Shown here: piece by piece, positions 17,877 to 27,457 of the stretch
Layout: the number at the start of each line of letters is the position of its first letter
Numbering within the stretch: position 1 is the stretch's first letter
NCBI GenBank assembly: GCA_016201795.1
Contig: JACQCF010000023.1
Location: 1-54,167, forward strand
DNA: 54,167 nt
Source: Candidatus Omnitrophota bacterium
GTDB lineage: Bacteria > Omnitrophota > Gorgyraeia > Zapsychrales > Fredricksoniimonadaceae
Reading direction: 5' to 3'
Translations under genes and position numbers: made by a program
The notes under the pieces: generated by a model
What the model was told of the DNA's origin: nothing
The model's database searches: none
Seen by the model: the letters and a program-made list of their open reading frames with translations, nothing else

Positions 17877-18902
17877 ATGATTTCCATAGGCGTTATTGGT
17901 TGCGGACAGTGGGGCCCCAATCATATCCGTGTTTTTTCACAACTGGCGGGTTCCCGGGTTCTCATGTGCGCGGATTTGGACCAGAAACGTTTGGCCGCCA
18001 TGGCCGCCTTATACCCGCAGATTCAGACGACGAACAATTATCAGGATATTCTTAAAAACCCTGCTATCGACGCGGTGGTAGTCGCTCTGCCAACGAATGT
18101 TCATTTTAAAATCACGCAGGAAGCTCTTTTGGCCGGCAAACATGTTTTATGCGAAAAACCTTTGTCGCTGGTGGCAGAGGAATGTCTGACGTTAAAAGAC
18201 TTGGCCGCCCAAAAAGGTAAATTGCTCATGGTCGGGCATATTTTTGTATTTAACCATGGTATCATGAAACTGCGCCAATACATTCAAAGCGGCGAGTTAG
18301 GTCAGGTGCATTACGCGCATTCCGAGCGTACCAATCTGGGGCCTTTCCGTTATGATGTCAACGCGCTGTGGGATTTGGCTCCTCACGATATTTCCATTTT
18401 CAACTACCTGTTCGACAGTGCGCCGGTGAGCGTCTCGGCGCGCGGGCATAAATGTTTGGGCGGTAATCTGGAAGATTTGGCTTTTGCCACCCTCGATTAT
18501 CCCCCTAATGTGATGGTCAATATTCATGTCAGCTGGCTGGACCCTAAAAAGGTGCGCCAGATTACTATTGTCGGTGATCACAAGATGGTAACCTTGGATG
18601 ATCTGGACATCGAAGGCCCCATCAAGCTTTATGATAAACACGTCGAGAAAACCGCGGTGTATTATGCCACCTACGGCGAATTTCAACTGCTTTCCCGCGA
18701 AGGCAGCATCACGATTCCTAAAATCGGCATCAATGAACCTTTGAAAAATCAAGCGCAGTATTTTTTGGACTGCATTGTTCATCAAAAGCTGCCGGTACTT
18801 TCCGACGCCCAAAAAGCCTATGAGGTGGTGCATACCCTGGCGGCTATTCAGGAGTCCGTCAACCGTAAAGGAGAGTTGGTGAAATTATGTCCCTCGCCAT
18901 AG
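17877..18902 (+). CDS. Gfo/Idh/MocA oxidoreductase (WbpB/WlbA-like sugar dehydrogenase)
   Basis: GVIGCGQWG Rossmann motif, HVLCEKP, WDLAPHD. Confidence 0.9.
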   Translation: MISIGVIGCGQWGPNHIRVFSQLAGSRVLMCADLDQKRLAAMAALYPQIQTTNNYQDILKNPAIDAVVVALPTNVHFKITQEALLAGKHVLCEKPLSLVAEECLTLKDLAAQKGKLLMVGHIFVFNHGIMKLRQYIQSGELGQVHYAHSERTNLGPFRYDVNALWDLAPHDISIFNYLFDSAPVSVSARGHKCLGGNLEDLAFATLDYPPNVMVNIHVSWLDPKKVRQITIVGDHKMVTLDDLDIEGPIKLYDKHVEKTAVYYATYGEFQLLSREGSITIPKIGINEPLKNQAQYFLDCIVHQKLPVLSDAQKAYEVVHTLAAIQESVNRKGELVKLCPSP

Positions 18903-18972
18903 CAAGCATATCTATACTGTCTCGGGACTATGGTGAGGAGCAGGATGATTTTTTAGGAGGTGACGAACCATG
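18890..18972 (+). repeat. Duplicated intergenic element, copy A (ends at ATG 18970)
   Basis: TCCCTCGCCATA..CTGTCTCGGGA..ATGGTGA..CAGG..AGGTGACGAA-CCATG shared with 27372-27457. Confidence 0.75.
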
Positions 18973-19527
18973 AATTATTTCAAACACGACCAAGCTTTAG
19001 TTCATCCCAAAGCCCAGATTGGCCAAGACAGTCGCGTGTGGGCTTTTGTTAATATCCTCGAGGGGGCTGTTATTGGTCATCACTGCAATATTGGCGACGG
19101 CTGTTTCATCGAGGGTGGGGCCGTTGTCGGCAACTATGTAACGGTCAAAAACGGCGTGGAGATTTTTAATGGCATTACTATCGAAGACGATGTTTTTGTA
19201 GGAGCGCATACGAGCTTTATCAATGACCGTTATCCACGCAGCCACCGTCTGGATGCCTGGACACTACAGAAGACTTTTGTTAAAAGAGGGGCCACGATCG
19301 GTGCCAATGCTACCATTCTTTGCGGCGTGACCATTGGCGAATATGCGGTGGTGGGTGCTGGCGCCGTCGTGACCAAGAATATCGCGCCTTATATTATTGT
19401 CATTGGTAATCCTGCGCGGCCCATCGGCTATGCCTGCCGCTGCGGCCGCAAGCTTAATGATGATTTACAATGCTCCTGCGGTTTAAACTACCGTATTGAT
19501 CAAAACCATTTGATACCAAAGTCCTGA
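18970..19527 (+). CDS. Hexapeptide-repeat sugar N-acetyltransferase (WbpD/WlbB-like)
   Basis: Left-handed beta-helix repeats, FINDRYPRS, GNPAR, C-terminal CRCG/CSCG. Confidence 0.9.
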   Translation: MNYFKHDQALVHPKAQIGQDSRVWAFVNILEGAVIGHHCNIGDGCFIEGGAVVGNYVTVKNGVEIFNGITIEDDVFVGAHTSFINDRYPRSHRLDAWTLQKTFVKRGATIGANATILCGVTIGEYAVVGAGAVVTKNIAPYIIVIGNPARPIGYACRCGRKLNDDLQCSCGLNYRIDQNHLIPKS

Positions 19528-19528
19528 T

Positions 19529-20266
19529 ATGAGCTTCAAAATTCTCGTCACCCCCGTTGCCTTTAATGAACATGTGAAATTGCGCAACGTCATTGAGAGG
19601 TTTCTCAAAAGCCGTATTCACGATAAGGTTGATTATTTAATCGTCGATGATGGATCCGATGATGGTACGACCCAAGTGATTGGCGAATACCAAACGCGCG
19701 GCGTGCACACCATCAAGCATGCCAAACGCGGCGGGGTGGGAGCCGCGATTCGCACCGCGATTCAATACGCCCGTCGGGGTGGGTACGATATCATCGTGAT
19801 TATGGCGGGCAATGACAAAGACAATCCCGAAGAAATTCCTCATTTGCTCGAACCCATGATCCACGACGGATTTGATCTGGTGCAAGGTTCGCGCTATCTG
19901 GGTAAAGTCGGCTCCGGAGGGGATATGCCGTTTTATCGCAAACTAGCCACCCGGCTTCATCCGTGGGTATTTTTTATTTTGACCGGACGTCGTTTAAGTG
20001 ATACGACGAATGGTTTTCGCGCTCTACGGCTTTCGCTGTTCGATGACAAGCGTATCAATCTTGATCAAGGTTGGCTCAATACCTATGAACTGGAACCTTA
20101 TATTTTATGGAAGGCCATCACCTTAGGGTATAAGTTCAAAGAAGTTTTTGTGACTAAAATTTATCCGTCCAAACAATTAGGCGGCTATACTAAAATGATT
20201 CCTTTTGTGAGTTGGTGGAGCATTTTGCGTCCGCTATTTTATTTGAGATTGGGGATTAAAAAGTAA
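19529..20266 (+). CDS. GT2 glycosyltransferase (polyprenol-phosphate sugar synthase-like)
   Basis: VDDGSDD, VQGSRY, DTTNGFRA. Confidence 0.88.
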   Translation: MSFKILVTPVAFNEHVKLRNVIERFLKSRIHDKVDYLIVDDGSDDGTTQVIGEYQTRGVHTIKHAKRGGVGAAIRTAIQYARRGGYDIIVIMAGNDKDNPEEIPHLLEPMIHDGFDLVQGSRYLGKVGSGGDMPFYRKLATRLHPWVFFILTGRRLSDTTNGFRALRLSLFDDKRINLDQGWLNTYELEPYILWKAITLGYKFKEVFVTKIYPSKQLGGYTKMIPFVSWWSILRPLFYLRLGIKK

Positions 20267-20275
20267 ATTCACCAT

Positions 20276-20995
20276 ATGAAACTTTACGGTAAAAATCCGG
20301 TTCTGGAGCGGCTCAAAACCAATCCCAAAAGTATCAAATACATTTTCATTGAACAAGGCCATATCGAGTCGGGCTATATTCATATGAAAGGCAAGCAATG
20401 GGGGATTCCTGTCTCGGTGGTGCCTTACACCAAAATTCAAAAACTGGCGCGAAATCTTAACACGCAGGGTATTGTTGCCGATGTGGAAGATTTTCCTTAC
20501 CTGGATATCAATGATCTTTTGCAAACAGCTCACCAGAAAAGATGGACGGTTCTTTTTTTGGATCGTTTAACCGATCCGCAGAATTTAGGCGGCATTATGC
20601 GTACCTGCGGCAGTTTGGGAGATTTTGCGATTGTTTTGCCGACCACGGAATCCGTCGGTATTACTGAAAGCGTATTGAGGGTTGCCTGCGGCGGCGACAA
20701 TTACGTGCCGGTCGCCCGTGTGGCTAATTTAGGTCATGCGATCGAAAAGGCCAAAAATTACGGCTTTTGGATCATGGGTACTGCCGTTAAAGAGGCCAAA
20801 TCTATTTTTGAAGTGTCCATGCAGTTTCCGTTAGGTCTGGTGTTGGGCTCCGAGGACAAAGGCGTCCGGGAGATTATCCGTAAAAAACTGGACCAGGAAG
20901 TGATGATCCCCATGAAGGCGGTACGCATGTCGCTCAATGTCGCTCACGCGACTTCCATTTTATGCTATGAAATCATCCGTCAAAAAAACAAATAG
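20276..20995 (+). CDS. rlmB: TrmH/SpoU RNA methyltransferase (RlmB-like)
   Basis: LYGKNPV, DPQNLGGIMR, GSEDKG, SLNVA. Confidence 0.8.
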   Translation: MKLYGKNPVLERLKTNPKSIKYIFIEQGHIESGYIHMKGKQWGIPVSVVPYTKIQKLARNLNTQGIVADVEDFPYLDINDLLQTAHQKRWTVLFLDRLTDPQNLGGIMRTCGSLGDFAIVLPTTESVGITESVLRVACGGDNYVPVARVANLGHAIEKAKNYGFWIMGTAVKEAKSIFEVSMQFPLGLVLGSEDKGVREIIRKKLDQEVMIPMKAVRMSLNVAHATSILCYEIIRQKNK

Positions 20996-21575
20996 GTCTC
21001 AAGAATTGAAACACGCGCTCAATTTCTTTGCCGAGGCGGGGCTTCTTAAGCGCGTTAAACGCAGCGGCTGGTGGGTGGCGGGCATCGAAAATCCCGAGAC
21101 CGTGGCGGAGCATTGTTTCCGCTGTGCGCTGATCGGCTATTATCTGGCCCACGCTGAAGGGGTGGATCCTTATCAGGTGATGGCCATGACGCTGTTTAAC
21201 GATATCCACGAGGCCCGCATCAATGATTTGCATAAAATGGGCCATTATTACATTGATTTCCATCCGGCGGAACAAAAGGCTTTTGTCGATCAAATTAAGC
21301 ACCTTAACAGCAAAGTCAAGCAAGAACTGTCTCGTTTTCGTGTATCCTATGATACACAAGCTACTCCTGAAAGCCTGGTAGCCAGGGACGCGGATATTTT
21401 AGAATGCCTGTTGCAGGCCAAAGAATACCTCGACAACGGTTATCCGGTGGCCAAAACGTTTTTTAAACGCGCCCCTGATCATTTGAAAACCAAAACCGCC
21501 AGGCAATTGTGGCAGGCGGCGCTCAAATGGAACAGCCATGCGTGGTGGCAAAAAGTCGTTAAGTTTGAGAGATGA
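20967..21575 (+). CDS. HD-domain hydrolase (YfbR/HDDC2-like)
   Basis: LKRVKRSGW, ETVAEH, NDIHE (HD appears as ND), DADILE. Confidence 0.8.
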   Translation: MKSSVKKTNRSQELKHALNFFAEAGLLKRVKRSGWWVAGIENPETVAEHCFRCALIGYYLAHAEGVDPYQVMAMTLFNDIHEARINDLHKMGHYYIDFHPAEQKAFVDQIKHLNSKVKQELSRFRVSYDTQATPESLVARDADILECLLQAKEYLDNGYPVAKTFFKRAPDHLKTKTARQLWQAALKWNSHAWWQKVVKFER

Positions 21576-21682
21576 TTTAGGAATTAAATATCTGTATTTG
21601 TCCGTCTATGATTAAAATGTTATGATGTGATGTTTGATATTCTTCAATAAAGAAGCTGAATAAAAATATTAACGGATACCTT

Positions 21683-21979
21683 ATGCACCGCATTGGACTG
21701 GCCGCCAGTAAAATTGCTAAAGGAAATATTTGGGTTTATCATTTAACGGTGGTGGTGATTGCTTGTCTGTTTGCGCTGTTTGTCTTTCTCATCTGTGGTT
21801 TTTCCATTGCGGTGACTTTGTTCGTGTTGTTTTTATTGGTTGAACGGTTTTTACCCTCGGGTACCCACGAGATCTGGATCGATGTATTAAAAACATGCCT
21901 GGCATTTTTAGGCATTCTCATCAGTCTTTTTACGCTAGTCGCCATTATTAAGAATACAAAGTTGAAATTCAAATTATGA
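21683..21979 (+). CDS. Small two-TM hypothetical membrane protein
   Basis: Hydrophobic ORF with ATGA coupling to the kinase gene. Confidence 0.65.
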   Translation: MHRIGLAASKIAKGNIWVYHLTVVVIACLFALFVFLICGFSIAVTLFVLFLLVERFLPSGTHEIWIDVLKTCLAFLGILISLFTLVAIIKNTKLKFKL

Positions 21980-23577
21980 CATCCAAAGCGTCCTCTCACA
22001 GCCGCCTGGAACAAGACCTTTCAGAATCGAAGGAAATGTTCCGCGTCATTTTTGAACATTCACCGGTGGCGATCATGGTTACGGATGCCCAGGAACGTAT
22101 GGTGGCCTGGAATCCTATGACCGAGAAAATGCTGGGGCTAGGCCGCCAGGACCTTTTTAATAGACCGGTACAGGCACTGTACCCGGCACAGGAGTGGAAG
22201 CGCATACGATCTCTGGGTATCCATAAACGCGGGATGCTTTCGGACATTGCCACCAAGGTCATCTGCTACGACGGTCAACTTCTGGATGTGAATGCCTCCA
22301 TTGCCGTGCTTAGAAACAGCACCGGTCAAATCATTGGTTCCATTGGTATTTGGCACGATATGTCCCGTCAGAAAATGGTGGAAGAAGAACTGGTGAAAGC
22401 GAAAATAATAGCGGAAGAAGCCAATAGCGCTAAAAGTATTTTTATGGCCAAAATGTTTCATGAAGTGCGCACCCCGATGAATACCGTTATTGGCATGCTG
22501 GATTTGACGCTCGATACTCCATTAAATGATGAGCAGAAAGACAATTTAATTGTGGCCAGAGATTTCGCCCAGAATCTTTCGAGTCTCATTGATGATACGC
22601 TGGATCTTTCCCGCGCGGAAGCCGGCAAGGTGGTCATCGAGGAGGTGGAAATCCAGGTGGCGGACATTATCAAAAATGTCTGCAAGGGGTTTTTCGTTCT
22701 AGCGCGCAATAAGCAAATTGATTTGCTCTGGTTCATCGATCCTCAAATCCCCCGCATTCTCATTGGAGATCCGGTACGCCTGCGTCAGGTGTTGATGAAT
22801 TTGATCAACAACGCGGTGAAATTTACTCATCAGGGCAAGGTGGAAGTGCACACCAAAGTGGAGTCTTTGACGGACAAAGACTGTATGATTAAATTCGACA
22901 TTATAGATCAGGGAATCGGTATTCCGCAGCAAAATTTAGCAACGATTTTCGACCTATTTACGCAGGCGCATAACAGTACTGCCCGTCGTTATGGCGGCAC
23001 GGGTTTAGGCCTTACCATTTGTAAGAAATTGGTGGAGATGATGTACGGACAGATTTGGGTCGACAGTGTGGAAGGTCAGGGGAGCACGTTTCATTTTACA
23101 ATCATGTTTGGCTACAGACCTCATGCACTTTTGAAAATGAAGGAAAATGCCGATGGTCAGGATACCGCTTTAGCTTTGCCTGAGGAGTTCAAGCATCTGC
23201 GTATCCTGGTCGCAGAGGATAGCGTGGTAGATCAGCGTATCACGGTTAAGATTTTACAGAAGCTTGGCTGGCAGGTGATGGCTGTTGCCAACGGCCAGGA
23301 AGTTTTAAATATTCTTAATCAGCAGTCTTTTGATGTGATTCTCATGGATGATCAGATGCCCCTTTTAGATGGCGTGGCCGCAACCCGGGTGATTCGCCGG
23401 GAAGAAAAACATACAGGGTTGCATATTCCGATCATCGCCATGACCGCTAATGCCATGGCCGGTGACCGCGAGCGTTATCTGTCAGGTGGTATGGATGGCT
23501 ATGTGTCTAAACCCATTGACCGTAGAGTTCTTTATAATGAAATTATGACGGTGGTTTCTTTGAGGACTAAAGGTTAA
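21976..23577 (+). CDS. Cytoplasmic PAS-domain hybrid histidine kinase with receiver
   Basis: PAS domain, HEVRTPMN H-box, NLINNAVKFT, GGTGLGL, C-terminal REC (LMDDQMP, SKP). Confidence 0.93.
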   Translation: MTSKASSHSRLEQDLSESKEMFRVIFEHSPVAIMVTDAQERMVAWNPMTEKMLGLGRQDLFNRPVQALYPAQEWKRIRSLGIHKRGMLSDIATKVICYDGQLLDVNASIAVLRNSTGQIIGSIGIWHDMSRQKMVEEELVKAKIIAEEANSAKSIFMAKMFHEVRTPMNTVIGMLDLTLDTPLNDEQKDNLIVARDFAQNLSSLIDDTLDLSRAEAGKVVIEEVEIQVADIIKNVCKGFFVLARNKQIDLLWFIDPQIPRILIGDPVRLRQVLMNLINNAVKFTHQGKVEVHTKVESLTDKDCMIKFDIIDQGIGIPQQNLATIFDLFTQAHNSTARRYGGTGLGLTICKKLVEMMYGQIWVDSVEGQGSTFHFTIMFGYRPHALLKMKENADGQDTALALPEEFKHLRILVAEDSVVDQRITVKILQKLGWQVMAVANGQEVLNILNQQSFDVILMDDQMPLLDGVAATRVIRREEKHTGLHIPIIAMTANAMAGDRERYLSGGMDGYVSKPIDRRVLYNEIMTVVSLRTKG

Positions 23578-23589
23578 TTTATAGAAAGG

Positions 23590-23949
23590 ATGATTATGGC
23601 CGAGGATATCATTGATTTAGCTGATGTGCTTGAGCGGGTGCAGAATGATAAAGAACTTTTATTAGAACTGCTGGATATTTTTCAAGAAGATTTTGTGGGC
23701 AAACGCCAGGCCTTGGCCGAGGCCATAGCTAAAAAGGATTTCACGACAATGAAAGAAGTGGCCCACTCTATAAAAGGTTCCTCAGGCAACATCTCGGCCA
23801 GACGTATGCATGAGACCTGTTCCCAGTTAGAGCAATTAGCTAAAACCAACAATAGTATCGGTATGGAAGATTTACTTAAGGCCATCGATAGTCAGTTTGA
23901 AGCCATCAAAGCTAATGCCATTAAATTGAAGAAGGAATTCCAAGGTTAA
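23590..23949 (+). CDS. Hpt phosphotransfer protein
   Basis: AHSIKGSSGNI motif. Confidence 0.9.
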   Translation: MIMAEDIIDLADVLERVQNDKELLLELLDIFQEDFVGKRQALAEAIAKKDFTTMKEVAHSIKGSSGNISARRMHETCSQLEQLAKTNNSIGMEDLLKAIDSQFEAIKANAIKLKKEFQG

Positions 23950-25469
23950 TGCCCTTGAGCCTGGTTGTTATTGCTTTTCTTGTTTTTTTTAACGCGATTA
24001 ACCACCCCTTTGTCCACGATGATGTTGTTTTTATCGTTCAAAATCCGCAGATTGGCCGTTTAGATCATCTGGCCGATGTATTTTTTCAGACCAGTCACTT
24101 CCCGCAAAGCGGGGGCATTAATTCATATTACCGTCCGGTTTTAGAGATTTTCTACCGTCTGGAGTATCGACTCTTTGGCCTGAAGGCGGCCGGCTTTCAT
24201 CTGGTTAATATCCTTATTCATATCGCCAACGGTCTTTTGCTCTTTGGACTGCTGTGTCGTCTGCAATTTTCTCGAGGACTAGCCTATGGGATTAGCCTGC
24301 TGTTTCTTATTCATCCGGTACAAAGCGAGGCGGTGGCCTGTGTGGCCGGGGTTTCCAATCTTTTAACCGCATTGTTTGTCTTACTTACTCTCTACTGTTA
24401 CGTTAGGCAAAAGTATGTTCTAGCTCTTTTGAGTTTGGTTTTGTCTCTTTTGACCAAAGAACAGGCGGTGATGGCGCCCTTGTTGTTAGTCCTTATAGAT
24501 TGGTATCAGCACAGAAAGCATAGGGGAAGTTTATGGCTGATTTTTGGCGTATTAACTTTAAGCTTTTGGTGGATGCATGCCACTGTTACCGGTGCGCATA
24601 TGTTGCAAGATATTCTGCAGTGGCCAGGGGAGTTGAAATTAAGGCTTTTGGCCATTCCCCGAACTCTTTTGATGTATCTGCGCTTGGTCGTTTTACCTTA
24701 TGATCTGCATTATTATCGTAATACAGATATCCTCCAGCCTAATGGTCTTGGTTTTATTCTTTGGGGACTGTTGTTGGCAGGCTTAGGTTGGCTGACTAAG
24801 AAATTTCAACTTAATGGTCGAAGCATTATTTTTGGTTTAGGTTGGTTGGTGGCTTGTCTTTTGCCGGTGTTAAACATCGTACCGCTGATTAATGAATATT
24901 CTTTCATTTTAACCGCGGAACATTTTCTTTATTTGTCGATGGTGGGGGCGGTGATTGTCATGGCGGCAGTGCTTCAACGTCTTATCCCTAAGAAAACATT
25001 TCTACCGTTGGCGGTCATCATTTTTTTAGGCTTAGGAGCGCTGACTGTTTATCAAAATACTTTTTGGCGGGGGGAAATTCCTTTATTTGAGAGGGTAGTT
25101 ACCTTTGAGCCCAATTTTGCCCGCGGCCATGTGCTTTTGGCCAAAGCGTATTTATATAATTCCCCTCCCCTAGTGGGAGGGGTAAGGGGAGGGGAAATAA
25201 GTGCAAATACCCCTCTCCCTAACCCTCCCCACAAAGGGGAGGGAATGATAAACTTGGCTATTGAACATTACAGCCGGGCTTTGACGATTATGAAAGAGTA
25301 TGAGCGAAAAGCCACCAACGATAAGGCCAGGCAGTTTTACAGGGGGTTTATTAAGGATATTTACGTTCAAATGGCGGTTTGCTATATTCAAAAAGGGGAT
25401 CAAATACAGGCCCAACAATTGCTGAAAATGGCCATCGGTCTTAATCCCTTATACTCCAGCCCGCGATAA
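23949..25469 (+). CDS. TMTC-like GT-C membrane protein with C-terminal TPRs
   Basis: FVHDD, YYRP, FHLVN, HPVQSEAV, KEQA, AEHFLY, TPR tail. Confidence 0.8.
   Translation: MPLSLVVIAFLVFFNAINHPFVHDDVVFIVQNPQIGRLDHLADVFFQTSHFPQSGGINSYYRPVLEIFYRLEYRLFGLKAAGFHLVNILIHIANGLLLFGLLCRLQFSRGLAYGISLLFLIHPVQSEAVACVAGVSNLLTALFVLLTLYCYVRQKYVLALLSLVLSLLTKEQAVMAPLLLVLIDWYQHRKHRGSLWLIFGVLTLSFWWMHATVTGAHMLQDILQWPGELKLRLLAIPRTLLMYLRLVVLPYDLHYYRNTDILQPNGLGFILWGLLLAGLGWLTKKFQLNGRSIIFGLGWLVACLLPVLNIVPLINEYSFILTAEHFLYLSMVGAVIVMAAVLQRLIPKKTFLPLAVIIFLGLGALTVYQNTFWRGEIPLFERVVTFEPNFARGHVLLAKAYLYNSPPLVGGVRGGEISANTPLPNPPHKGEGMINLAIEHYSRALTIMKEYERKATNDKARQFYRGFIKDIYVQMAVCYIQKGDQIQAQQLLKMAIGLNPLYSSPR
25159..25246. repeat. 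CCCCTCCCC-type palindromic element inserted in frame in a TPR
   Basis: ATTCCCCTCCCC...GGGGAGGGAAT ends with internal inverted arms; translates as SPPLVGGVRGGEISANTPLPNPPHKGEG. Confidence 0.85.
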
Positions 25470-25522
25470 TCTCCATCAGCTTTTTGTTTTTCATCGTCGT
25501 CTTTTGATGATATACTTTCTTT

Positions 25523-26197
25523 ATGTTTTGGATTATCATTTCAAGCTTCATCGTTCTGGTGGCGCTGGCGATCATTATTTACACCATGCCCTCGGAATCC
25601 GCGTCAAAATCAAAAAAGAAATCTAGAGAGCAAAGGCCGGAGTTGATTCCTGATCCCATGGCGGCAGGGGATAAAACCAAAGACTGGAAATCCATTGCCG
25701 AGCGCTGGGAAAAGCAGAACAATGCGCTTTTAGGCGATATGGAAAAGTTAAAGATACAGCAGAAAGATTTGGATCAAGAGCTCGAAACCCAGAAAGTGCA
25801 GAACAAAGAGATTTTAGAAAAACTCTCCCAGGAAAAAGGCTGGCGCGAGAAAGAACAGGCCAATCTCGATAAAGCTAAAACCCGCGAGAAAGATTTGAAA
25901 GATCAGATTCACCGCACGGAAAGCGAGTTGGAAAAAGAGCATTCTAAAGCGATCCGTCTGGAACAGCAGCTTGGGGAAATCAAAATTAAATACGATAGTT
26001 TGCAGGAAGAAAAAAGGGCCTTGTCCACCAAGGCCATGAGTTTAGAAACCACCCTCAAAGAGCTCAATAAAGAGTTGGTTCAGCTTCGCCAGGCAAACGC
26101 CGAGCTTTCCCGCAAGAGGGAAGATGTGCAGTGGGTGGCCAAGTCCCAATTCGATGAATTAAAAAAGCAATTAGAGCAAAAAAAGCAGGATGTCTAA
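25523..26197 (+). CDS. Membrane-anchored coiled-coil protein
   Basis: N-terminal TM then E/K/Q/L heptads; TGaTATACT 6 nt upstream of the ATG. Confidence 0.75.
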   Translation: MFWIIISSFIVLVALAIIIYTMPSESASKSKKKSREQRPELIPDPMAAGDKTKDWKSIAERWEKQNNALLGDMEKLKIQQKDLDQELETQKVQNKEILEKLSQEKGWREKEQANLDKAKTREKDLKDQIHRTESELEKEHSKAIRLEQQLGEIKIKYDSLQEEKRALSTKAMSLETTLKELNKELVQLRQANAELSRKREDVQWVAKSQFDELKKQLEQKKQDV

Positions 26198-27353
26198 TTT
26201 TCTCTTCGCCAACCGTACCAACTGGTCTTTGCAGAGCAATCCTTTAAGTTGTCTTTTAGAGAAACTGCAGGCGCAGGGCGTGGACATCCTGGATTTAACC
26301 GAATCCAATCCCACCCGATGCGGTTTTCATTATCCTTCATCCTGGCTTGAGGCCCTCTGCGGTCAGAATAATTTTACTTATGCCCCGCAGGCTAAAGGGT
26401 TGATTCAAGCCCGCAGGGCGGTGGCGGATTATTACGCACAAAAAAGTTTAAATGTCGATCCAAAGAGGATTGTTCTGACTTCCAGCACCTCCGAGGGTTA
26501 TTCGTTTTTATTAAAACTTTTAACCAACCCCGGCGATCATGTACTCATTCCTAAACCAAGTTATCCTCTGTTTCAGTTTTTGCTCCAGCTGCACGACGTG
26601 GAATTCGATTATTATCCTCTGGTTTATGATGGCGCCTGGCGCACAGATCAGAGGGCTTTTAAAAATTTAGTTATGCCTAAGACCAGGACGGTGATAGTGG
26701 TCAATCCCAACAATCCCGCGGGTTCTTATGTCGGTAAAGAAGATATCGCCTTTTTAAATGAGCAGTGCTTAAAAAATCACATGGCGATTATCTCTGACGA
26801 AGTTTTTTTTGATTATAAGCTTAATGGTCAAATCAATCCTTTGAGTTTAGCCTACAATACGGCGGTGCCGACATTTGTATTAAGCGGTATATCCAAAATT
26901 TTAGGTTTGCCGCAGATGAAATTGTCGTGGATCACAAGTCATGGTCCTCAACCCATCGTGGATATGGCTATGGATCGTTTGGAAATTATCGCGGATACTT
27001 ATTTGTCGGTGAATACCCCGGCGCAAAATGCTTTGTCGGTATGGCTGGCGGGTAACGCTCATATCCAGAAGCAAATTTTAGAACGCGTACGGGCTAATTG
27101 GGAAATTGTACGACGTCAGCATTTAAACGTATTGGCCGCCGAGGGAGGCTGGTATGCGCTTGTCCATGTACCGTCCGTCAAATCGGAAGAACAGCTTGTT
27201 TTAGATTTGCTCCAAAAAGATCACGTGTTGGTTCATCCAGGATACTTTTTTGATTTTGATAACCCAGGATATTTGGTCTTAAGCCTTTTACCCGTCTCAG
27301 AGATATTCACACAAGCTCTGGAAAGAATTTGCCGGCGGATTAAGCTTTTATAG
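26190..27353 (+). CDS. PLP-dependent aminotransferase, class I/II
   Basis: NPNNPAG, ISDEVF, SGISK (PLP lysine). Confidence 0.92.
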   Translation: MSNFLFANRTNWSLQSNPLSCLLEKLQAQGVDILDLTESNPTRCGFHYPSSWLEALCGQNNFTYAPQAKGLIQARRAVADYYAQKSLNVDPKRIVLTSSTSEGYSFLLKLLTNPGDHVLIPKPSYPLFQFLLQLHDVEFDYYPLVYDGAWRTDQRAFKNLVMPKTRTVIVVNPNNPAGSYVGKEDIAFLNEQCLKNHMAIISDEVFFDYKLNGQINPLSLAYNTAVPTFVLSGISKILGLPQMKLSWITSHGPQPIVDMAMDRLEIIADTYLSVNTPAQNALSVWLAGNAHIQKQILERVRANWEIVRRQHLNVLAAEGGWYALVHVPSVKSEEQLVLDLLQKDHVLVHPGYFFDFDNPGYLVLSLLPVSEIFTQALERICRRIKLL

Positions 27354-27371
27354 TAGAATATAAACCTATGA

Positions 27372-27457
27372 TCCCTCGCCATATTAACTGTAGATTATTG
27401 ACCCTGTCTCGGGATCATGGTGATGAACAGGGAAATTATTAAGGTGACGAATCCATG
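27372..27457 (+). repeat. Duplicated intergenic element, copy B (ends at ATG 27455)
   Basis: Blocks shared with 18890-18972. Confidence 0.75.

Noticed and set aside
27368-27442. 24-codon ORF (MIPRHINCRLL...) upstream of dCMP deaminase as a leader peptide
   Set aside because: It lies within the duplicated element, and copy A does not preserve this reading frame.
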